In this document: piece by piece, positions 26,576 through 32,000 of the stretch | Layout of the letters: each line of letters begins with the position of its first letter | How positions within the stretch are numbered: the first letter of the stretch is position 1 | Source of the DNA: Paracoccus suum | GTDB taxonomy: Bacteria; Pseudomonadota; Alphaproteobacteria; Rhodobacterales; Rhodobacteraceae | Reading direction: 5' to 3' | Length of the DNA: 32,000 nt | Assembly: GCF_003324675.1 (NCBI RefSeq) | Contig: NZ_CP030918.1 | Span: 1,890,001 to 1,922,000 of the forward strand | Program-made: the position numbers and the translations under genes | Notes under the pieces: generated by a model | The model's database searches: none | What the model was told of the DNA's origin: nothing | What the model saw: the letters and a program-made list of their open reading frames with translations, nothing else

Positions 26576-27763
26576 TCAGTGGTACTTGACCACGTTCAGC
26601 TTGCCGTCGGGGAAGTCGACCTCGCGGTAGACGCCGGCGCTCTCGCCCGGCTCGACCAGTTCGACCGAGGTGCCGCCGACGTAGTCGATGTCCTTGCCCT
26701 CGGCCAGCAGCTCGAGGCCCTTGGCCAGCTCGCCGGGCATGATCTTCTCGCCCGGCGCGTTGGCGATCTCCATCACCTTGTCTTTCCAGACCTTGGGATC
26801 GGAGGACTTGGCAGCCTCCATCGCCAGCGCCATCAGCGCGATGGCGTCATAGCTTTCCGCGGCAAAGGCCGAGCTGCCGTCAAAGCCGGCAGTCTTGGCC
26901 AGTTCCAGCAGCTTGTCGCGGCCCTCGCCCTCGGAGGCCGGGTTCTGGCCGAACGAGGTCTTCAATTCGGTGCCGAACTTGTCGACCAGCGACTGGCTGA
27001 CCATGCCGTCCGGGAACACGAAGGTGTCGAAGGCGCCGCTGTCGAGCGCGCCGCGCACGATGCCAGCGCCGCCCTGGTCGACATAGCCCGCGACCACGAG
27101 GGCATCGCCGCCGGCCGAATCCAGCGCCGCGACCTCGGCCGAGTAGTCGGCCTTGCCGTCGTCATGGGCGGCGTTGATCGTGACCGTGCCGCCCTTTTTC
27201 TTGAAGGCTTCCTGGAAGCTGTCGGCCAGACCCTTGCCGTAGTCGTTGTTGGTATAGGTCAGGGCGACGTTCTTGATGCCGCGCGACAGGATGATGTCGG
27301 CCATGACCTCGCCCTGGCGCGCGTCAGACGGCGAGGTGCGGAAGAAAAAGCCCTTGTCGTCGATGGTCGACAGCGCCGGCGAGGTCGCTGAGGGTGAGAT
27401 CATCACGACGCCCTGCGGCACGGCGACCTTTTCCAGGCTGGCGATCGTCTCGCCCGAGCACATGCCCCCGAGTATGCCCTTGACGCCTTCGGCGACCATG
27501 CGCTCGACCGTGGCGACCGAGGCGGCGGCGTCGGTGCAGGTGTTGTCACCCTTGACCTCGACCATTTTCGAGCCGTCCAGCAGCTTGCCGGAATCCGAGA
27601 CCTCTTTCATGGCCATCAGCGCGGCTTGCTCCATCGCTGGGGACATCGATTCAAGCGGTCCGGTAAAGCCCAGCGAAACGCCGATCTTGATATCCTCGGC
27701 GCCGGCCGCGCTGGCGGCCAGCAAGGCGGCAGCGGCGGCGCTGGCGAGAAGCAGCTTTTGCAT
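26576..27763 (-). CDS. Branched-chain amino-acid ABC transporter substrate-binding protein (LivJ/K-like)
   Basis: Track ORF 26576..27883. From the ATG at 27763 it reads MQKLLLASAAAAALLAASAAGA (signal peptide), then EDIKIGVSLGFTGPLESMSP...GILGGMCSG...ISPSATSPALS....FFFRTSPSD (Peripla_BP_6 pattern). Confidence 0.9.
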   Translation of the reverse strand: MQKLLLASAAAAALLAASAAGAEDIKIGVSLGFTGPLESMSPAMEQAALMAMKEVSDSGKLLDGSKMVEVKGDNTCTDAAASVATVERMVAEGVKGILGGMCSGETIASLEKVAVPQGVVMISPSATSPALSTIDDKGFFFRTSPSDARQGEVMADIILSRGIKNVALTYTNNDYGKGLADSFQEAFKKKGGTVTINAAHDDGKADYSAEVAALDSAGGDALVVAGYVDQGGAGIVRGALDSGAFDTFVFPDGMVSQSLVDKFGTELKTSFGQNPASEGEGRDKLLELAKTAGFDGSSAFAAESYDAIALMALAMEAAKSSDPKVWKDKVMEIANAPGEKIMPGELAKGLELLAEGKDIDYVGGTSVELVEPGESAGVYREVDFPDGKLNVVKYH

Positions 27764-27766
27764 ATT

Positions 27767-27787
27767 GTGGAACTCCCTGAGTGGAAC
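27767..27787 (-). promoter_or_regulatory. Direct 7-mer repeat GTTCCAC-N7-GTTCCAC bracketing the Shine-Dalgarno of the liv SBP gene
   Basis: The minus strand reads GTTCCAC TCAGGGA GTTCCAC AAT ATG. The AGGGAG ribosome-binding site lies between and across the two copies. Confidence 0.35.
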
Positions 27788-27817
27788 GTTGTCCTGCCAG
27801 CAGCCTAGGGGGCGGAC

Positions 27818-27888
27818 CTGCAAAAGAAAAGCGCGTTGCGCTGGCGATACGGGCGGTGCGTCGGGCGCAATGCCGGGTGGCATGCGCC
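27818..27888 (-). terminator. Candidate intrinsic terminator region after the GlxA-type regulator gene
   Basis: On the minus strand, a 10-bp bulged hairpin (27864-27888, loop ACCC) lies 13 nt after the stop. It is followed by AGCGC-AAC-GCGCT (27830-27842), which runs into TTTCTTTTG. The second stem is short, so confidence is only moderate. Confidence 0.4.
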
Positions 27889-27901
27889 AGTTTGCAAGAT
27901 G

Positions 27902-29050
27902 TCAGCCGGCCGCCTGCTGTGCCAGCGCGGGCGCTGCCGCCACGGTTGCACCGCCAGTCCCACGCTCGCGGTAAGGGGTCGCGCCATACTGGGCGCGGTA
28001 GCATTTGGAAAAATGCGAAGGCGAGGTAAAGCCCGAGGCGAGGGCGACCTCGATCACCGACATCTCGGTCTGCATCAGCAGATTCCGCGCCCGGCTGAGG
28101 CGCGTTTCCATGTAGTATTTCTTGGGACTGCGGTTCAGGTAGCGGCGGAACAGACGCTCCAACTGGCGGGTCGACATGCCCGCGTCGCGCGCCAGTTGCG
28201 CCGGGCTGATGGGATCCTCCAGATTGGCCTCCATTCGGGCGATGACGGCGGCGAGGCGAGGGTGGCGCACGCCGATCCGGGTCGGGATGGACAGACGCTG
28301 GCTGTCCTGGTCGGTGCGGATCGCGGTGTAGATCAACTGGTCGGCCACGGTGGCGGCCAACTCGTCGCCGTGATCGCGGGCGATCAGGCGCAGCATCAGG
28401 TCGATCGGCGCCGTGCCGCCCGCGGCGCTGATGCGATTACCGTCCAACACGAAGACCGAGCGAAACAGGTCGACCTCGGGGAAAGCCTCGGCCAGGCCAT
28501 CATGGTTTTCCCAGTGGATGGTGGCGCGCCGGCCGTCCATCAGCCCCGCGGCCGCGAGCGCCCAGGTCCCGGTGCAAAGCCCGCCCAGGACGTTGCCGCG
28601 CCGCGCCTCGCGCCGCAGCCAGGTCAGGATCGGCCGGGTCAGGCCGCGGGCGATGTCGAGGCCGCCGCACACGATGATCGCCTCGCCCGGTGCGGTCGGG
28701 ATGAGGCCCGCGTCGAGGGCAACGCGCGCGCCGTTCGAGCAGACGGCCTCGCGACCGTTTTCGCCCAGAAAGCTCCACTCATACAGGCGCCGGCCGGCGG
28801 CATAGTTGGCCAGCCGCAGCGGTTCTACCGCGCTGGCAAAGCTCATCATCGTAAAGCGGTCGAGCAGCAGAAAGCGGAAATGGCGCGGCTTTTCCGTCGC
28901 GGCGGCGTTGATGGTGGCGCTGCGTCGGGCCGTGGAGGGCAGGGGGACAGGCCCGGGCGCGGACGCGGGACTGGCGGGTGCGATTTGCCCTGCCGGAACC
29001 GTCGGGGCCGGTCGATCGGGGTTGGCGGGGAACGCGGCTGGCTTGCGCAT
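27902..29050 (-). CDS. GlxA-family transcriptional regulator (DJ-1/PfpI-like domain + AraC-type HTH) with Pro/Ala-rich N-terminal extension
   Basis: FRFLLLDRFTMMSFASAVEPLRLAN, IIVCGG, LGGLCTGTWALAAAGLMDGRRATIHWE, then the AraC HTH: ISPAQLARDAGMSTRQLERLFRRYL..SPKKYYMETRLSRARNLLMQTEMSVIEVALASGFTSPSHFSKCYRAQYG.TP. The ATG at 29050 is preferred (MRKPAAFPANPDRPAP...); the ATG at 29098 is the alternative. Confidence 0.87.
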   Translation of the reverse strand: MRKPAAFPANPDRPAPTVPAGQIAPASPASAPGPVPLPSTARRSATINAAATEKPRHFRFLLLDRFTMMSFASAVEPLRLANYAAGRRLYEWSFLGENGREAVCSNGARVALDAGLIPTAPGEAIIVCGGLDIARGLTRPILTWLRREARRGNVLGGLCTGTWALAAAGLMDGRRATIHWENHDGLAEAFPEVDLFRSVFVLDGNRISAAGGTAPIDLMLRLIARDHGDELAATVADQLIYTAIRTDQDSQRLSIPTRIGVRHPRLAAVIARMEANLEDPISPAQLARDAGMSTRQLERLFRRYLNRSPKKYYMETRLSRARNLLMQTEMSVIEVALASGFTSPSHFSKCYRAQYGATPYRERGTGGATVAAAPALAQQAAG

Positions 29051-29153
29051 CTGTCTGTCCTTTGCGCCAGCAAAACAGGGAAATCCGACGCCGCGCAATG
29101 GCTATCGCGCCGGCGGTTGACGCGGAGGCATCCGGCCGCCCGCGCAGCCCTCT

Positions 29154-29184
29154 GCGGCAGCAATCGCGGCAGTAATCGCGGCAG
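29154..29184. repeat. Tandem direct repeat GCGGCAG(C/T)AATC x2.6 in the glxA-like/rpiA divergent intergenic region
   Basis: Read directly from the sequence: GCGGCAGcAATC GCGGCAGtAATC GCGGCAG, 12-bp period. About 104 bp upstream of the regulator ATG (29050) and about 87 bp upstream of the rpiA ATG (29271). Confidence 0.5.
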
Positions 29185-29270
29185 CCGGCGGCGCGGTCGG
29201 CCGCCCCCTCGCGCCCGCGGGCAAACTCGGCTACACCCTGCCGCGATCCGCTCCCTTTCGCCCGCAACAT

Positions 29271-30026
29271 ATGTTCGAGGCTATCATGACCGATCCCGCC
29301 GCCGCCGATGCCGCAAAACGCGCCGCTGCCCGCGCCGCCGTCGCCATGGTCCAAAACGGCATGCGCCTTGGCCTTGGCACCGGCTCGACCGCCGTGATCA
29401 TGGTGCGCGAACTCGCCGCCCGCGCCGCGGCCGAGCGCCTCTCGCTGCGCTGCGCCGCAACCTCGGTCGCGACGGCGGACCTCGCCACCTCGCTCGGCCT
29501 CAAGGTAGAGCCGCTGGACGCGATCGGCCATCTGGACATGACCATCGACGGCGCCGACGAGATCGACCCCGACCTGACCCTGATCAAGGGCGGGGGCGGC
29601 GCCCTGCTGCGCGAAAAGATCGTCGCCGCGGCGTCCGAGCGGATGGTGGTGATCGCCGATGGCGCCAAGGTGGTCGAGCAGCTGGGCGGCTTTCCTCTGC
29701 CGGTCGAGGTGCTGGCCTTCGGTCTTGCCAGCACGCAACAGCATATCGACCATCTGCTGGCGCGGATGGACATGGCCGACCGGCCGGTGATGCTCCGCCA
29801 GCGCAGCGGCTCGCCCTACCGCACCGACGAGGGCAACCTGATCCTCGATCTGGAGCTGGGCGCGATCCCCGACCCGCAGGCGCTGGCCGCGGGGCTGAGC
29901 GCCATTCCCGGTGTCGTCGAGCACGGCCTGTTCCTGTGCCTCGCCGACATCGCCCTGATCGGCCAGCCCGACGGCACCGTGACCCTGCTCGAGGCCGACA
30001 TCACCCCCGAGGAGGATCTGGCATGA
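29271..30026 (+). CDS. rpiA: Ribose-5-phosphate isomerase A
   Basis: KRAAARAAVAMVQNGMRLGLGTGSTA, IDGADEID..L.LIKGGGGALLREKIVA.AS...VVIAD..K.V..LG.FPLPVEV and PGVVEHGLF are full RpiA signatures. The alternative start is the ATG at 29286 (MTDPAA). Confidence 0.92.
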   Translation: MFEAIMTDPAAADAAKRAAARAAVAMVQNGMRLGLGTGSTAVIMVRELAARAAAERLSLRCAATSVATADLATSLGLKVEPLDAIGHLDMTIDGADEIDPDLTLIKGGGGALLREKIVAAASERMVVIADGAKVVEQLGGFPLPVEVLAFGLASTQQHIDHLLARMDMADRPVMLRQRSGSPYRTDEGNLILDLELGAIPDPQALAAGLSAIPGVVEHGLFLCLADIALIGQPDGTVTLLEADITPEEDLA

Positions 30027-31528
30027 GCAAGGACAGCGCAGGCTTTCCCGACGACGCCTTTGATTTCGACCTGTTCGTCATCGGCGGCGGCTCTGGCGGG
30101 GTGCGGGCCGGACGGATCGCCGCAGCCGAACACGGCGCGCGCGTCGCCATGGCCGAGGAATCGCGCATGGGTGGCACCTGCGTCATTCGCGGCTGCGTGC
30201 CCAAGAAGCTGATGATCTTTGCCGCATCCGCCCCCGAGGCCGCGGCCGAGGCGCAGGGCTACGGCTGGCGGGGCGCCACCGCGGGACGCTTTGACTGGCC
30301 CACCTTCCGCGCGGCGCTGCATACCGAGCTCTCGCGCCTCGAGGCGATCTACGAGAACGGCTTTACCGTGGCGGGCGGCACTCTCTTCAAGCAGCGCGCC
30401 ACCGTCCAGGACGCGCACACCGTACGCCTCGCGGACGGCCAGACGGTCAGCGCCAAGCATATCCTGGTCGCGACCGGCGGCCGGCCGGTCCGGCCCGACA
30501 TCCCGGGGGCCGAGCTTGGCCTGATCTCGGACGATCTGTTCGAGTTGGAAACCCTGCCGGCGCGGGCGCTGGTCATCGGCGGCGGCTTCATCGGCTGCGA
30601 ATTCGCCACGATCCTGAACGGGCTTGGCAGCAAGACGACGCTCGCGCACCGCGGCGATCACCTGCTGCGCGGCTTTGACGAGGACATGCGCGAGCATGTC
30701 GATGCGCAGATGGTCGAGATCGGGATTGACCTCCGGCTGGAAACCAAGGTCACCGCGATCAGCGCCGAGGGGGACGCCAGACGCGTCCGCTTTGGCGACG
30801 GCAGCGAGGCGGTGTTCGACGCTGTGTTTTTTGCCCTCGGACGCGCGCCCTACACCGGCGGCCTCGGGTTGGCTGAGGTCGGCGTGCACCTCGGCAGCAA
30901 GGGTCAGGTCATGGTCGACCGCTGGTCGCAGACGTCGGTGCCCTCGATCTTCGCGGTGGGCGATGTCACCGACCGCGTGAATCTGACGCCGGTCGCGATC
31001 CGCGAGGGGCACGCCTTTGCCGACACCATCTTTGGCGCGCGCGCCCGCAGCGTCGATCACGAGTTGGTCGCCAGCGCCGTCTATACCCGCCCCTTCGAGG
31101 TGGGCACGGTAGGCCTGACCGAGGACGAGGCCGCCGCGCGCGGTCCGGTCGAGGTCTTTGTCGCCGATTTCGCGCCCATGCGTCAGAAATTCGCCGGCCG
31201 TCCGGGCCGCGTCAGCATGAAGCTGATCGTTGACGCCAGCGACGGGGCGGCCGAGGGCAAGGTGCTGGGCTGCCATATCTTTGCCCCCGAGGCAGGCGAG
31301 ATGATCCAGATGGCGGCGATTGCGATGGGGATGGGCGCGACCAAGGCCGATTTCGACCGCACCATGGCCGTTCACCCGACCCTGGCCGAGGAAATCGTGA
31401 CCATGCGCCGCCCCGTGCGCCGCCACGGTCCGGTCGAACTCGACCAGGCAGTGCCAGACGATGAGGCGCCGGATGTGACCTCGGACATTGCGCCCGACGC
31501 TCCTGCGGCACGGGCCGTCGGCGTCTAA
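30023..31528 (+). CDS. gor: Glutathione-disulfide reductase with ~45-aa acidic C-terminal extension
   Basis: Distal part of the 1230-aa track ORF. The ATG at 30023 overlaps the rpiA stop (ATGA). FDLFVIGGGSGGVRAGRIAA..GA.VA.AEE...GGTCVIRGCVPKK (FAD motif plus redox-active CxxxxC), ALVIGGGFIGCEFA (NADPH motif), AVGDVTDR, HPTLAEEIVTMR. The chain then continues RPVRRHGPVELDQAVPDDEAPDVTSDIAPDAPAARAVGV. Confidence 0.92.
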   Translation: MSKDSAGFPDDAFDFDLFVIGGGSGGVRAGRIAAAEHGARVAMAEESRMGGTCVIRGCVPKKLMIFAASAPEAAAEAQGYGWRGATAGRFDWPTFRAALHTELSRLEAIYENGFTVAGGTLFKQRATVQDAHTVRLADGQTVSAKHILVATGGRPVRPDIPGAELGLISDDLFELETLPARALVIGGGFIGCEFATILNGLGSKTTLAHRGDHLLRGFDEDMREHVDAQMVEIGIDLRLETKVTAISAEGDARRVRFGDGSEAVFDAVFFALGRAPYTGGLGLAEVGVHLGSKGQVMVDRWSQTSVPSIFAVGDVTDRVNLTPVAIREGHAFADTIFGARARSVDHELVASAVYTRPFEVGTVGLTEDEAAARGPVEVFVADFAPMRQKFAGRPGRVSMKLIVDASDGAAEGKVLGCHIFAPEAGEMIQMAAIAMGMGATKADFDRTMAVHPTLAEEIVTMRRPVRRHGPVELDQAVPDDEAPDVTSDIAPDAPAARAVGV

Positions 31529-31578
31529 CTGCCGGCGTTACCTTGATTTTGCTGGGCTAGGCACCAGATTGACTTAGA

Positions 31579-31588
31579 TTTTTTTTTT
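31579..31588 (+). repeat. T10 homopolymer in the gor-hflK intergenic region
   Basis: Ten consecutive T residues, read directly, in a high-G+C genome. The tract lies 4 nt after a -35-like TTGACT (31569-31574) and 21 nt upstream of the hflK ATG. Confidence 0.6.
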
Positions 31589-31609
31589 ACGACGAGAGAG
31601 GCGGGACAC

Positions 31610-32000
31610 ATGGCGGCACAGGGCCCCTGGGGCGGCGGTAGCGGCGGCGGTAAGGATGGCGAGCGCGGCACCGACGGCGGCGACCGGCCGAACGCGGGCG
31701 GCCCGCAACGGCCCAATCGCCCCTGGGGCGTGCCCCCAGCCACCCCGCCCGAGGGCGGCCAGCGCCCGCAACTGCCGCCGCGCCCCGGCAACGGTGGCCC
31801 GCGCCGCCCCGGCCAGCCGCCAGAACTGGATGATCTGGTCCGCAAGGGGCAGGAGCGGCTGCGCGTCCTGATGGGCGGCGCAGGGGGCAATGGCCCGCGC
31901 CGGCCCGGCGGCGGGCGCGGCTTTGGCTTCAACCGCTCCAGCTTCGGGATCTTTGCGCTCGGGGCGGCCGTGGTCTGGGCCTTTGCCTCGTTCTACCAGG
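31610..32000 (+). CDS. hflK: FtsH protease modulator HflK, N-terminal part (continues beyond the window end)
   Basis: Absent from the ORF track because no stop lies within the window. My translation from the ATG at 31610 reads MAAQGPWGGGSGGGKDGERG...PPELDDLVRKGQERLRVLMGG...FGIFALGAAVVWAFASFYQ. This shows the Gly/Pro-rich N-terminus, the LDD...K.Q.. segment and a single TM helix, typical of alphaproteobacterial HflK. GAGAGAGG lies 8-9 nt upstream. Confidence 0.75.
   Translation, partial: MAAQGPWGGGSGGGKDGERGTDGGDRPNAGGPQRPNRPWGVPPATPPEGGQRPQLPPRPGNGGPRRPGQPPELDDLVRKGQERLRVLMGGAGGNGPRRPGGGRGFGFNRSSFGIFALGAAVVWAFASFYQ

Noticed and set aside
27836-30022. N-terminal ~730 codons of the 1230-aa plus-strand ORF that ends as gor
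   Set aside because: This part runs antisense through the GlxA-type regulator and out of frame through rpiA, and is extreme Arg/Gly/Pro junk. Real gor starts at the ATG at 30023, where the FAD-binding motif begins and where the ATGA overlap with rpiA lies.
31529-31590. T10 tract as the rho-independent terminator of gor
   Set aside because: I could not find a GC-rich hairpin immediately upstream of the T run, so it does not meet the minimal intrinsic-terminator architecture.

Overview
High-G+C (roughly two-thirds G+C by eye) alphaproteobacterial chromosome, Rhodobacterales/Rhizobiales-like in gene content and order. It is densely packed: I can support 32 protein genes (two truncated by the window edges) and one tRNA. 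Many neighbours are joined by 4-nt ATGA/GTGA stop-start overlaps. In order: moeA(partial)-moaC-trpC (-), tRNA-Pro (-), DUF192 plus a tandem cold-shock-domain protein (-), pdxH (-), fabI / LysE exporter / gpt / DUF2127 (+), a Gfo/Idh/MocA oxidoreductase (+), a bphO-bphP heme oxygenase / bacteriophytochrome operon (+), an frcBCAK-type sugar ABC operon (-) with a divergent ROK regulator (+), a KefB/C-like CPA2 antiporter (+), an LLM flavin oxidoreductase (-), guaA (-), one unassignable alpha/beta-hydrolase-like gene of visibly lower G+C (+), a five-gene branched-chain amino-acid ABC operon (-), a GlxA/AraC-type regulator (-), rpiA-gor (+) and the start of hflK (+). I see no IS element, integrase, phage gene, CRISPR array, toxin-antitoxin pair or recognisable defence gene, and no convincing multi-gene novel system. 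Most of the window is ordinary core genome. The items most worth a second look are: (1) the low-G+C orphan hydrolase-like gene wedged between guaA and the liv operon; (2) the hybrid HWE-kinase/receiver bacteriophytochrome, which has a degenerate N-terminal chromophore motif and a motif-rich AT-rich leader; (3) the translationally coupled 2xCSD + DUF192 pair; (4) several small candidate cis-elements (a perfect AT-rich palindrome in the frc divergent promoter, 12-bp direct repeats upstream of rpiA, a 7-mer repeat bracketing the liv SBP ribosome-binding site, and a T10 tract upstream of hflK). All domain calls are by-eye motif recognition. Start codons are the least certain part of every CDS call.
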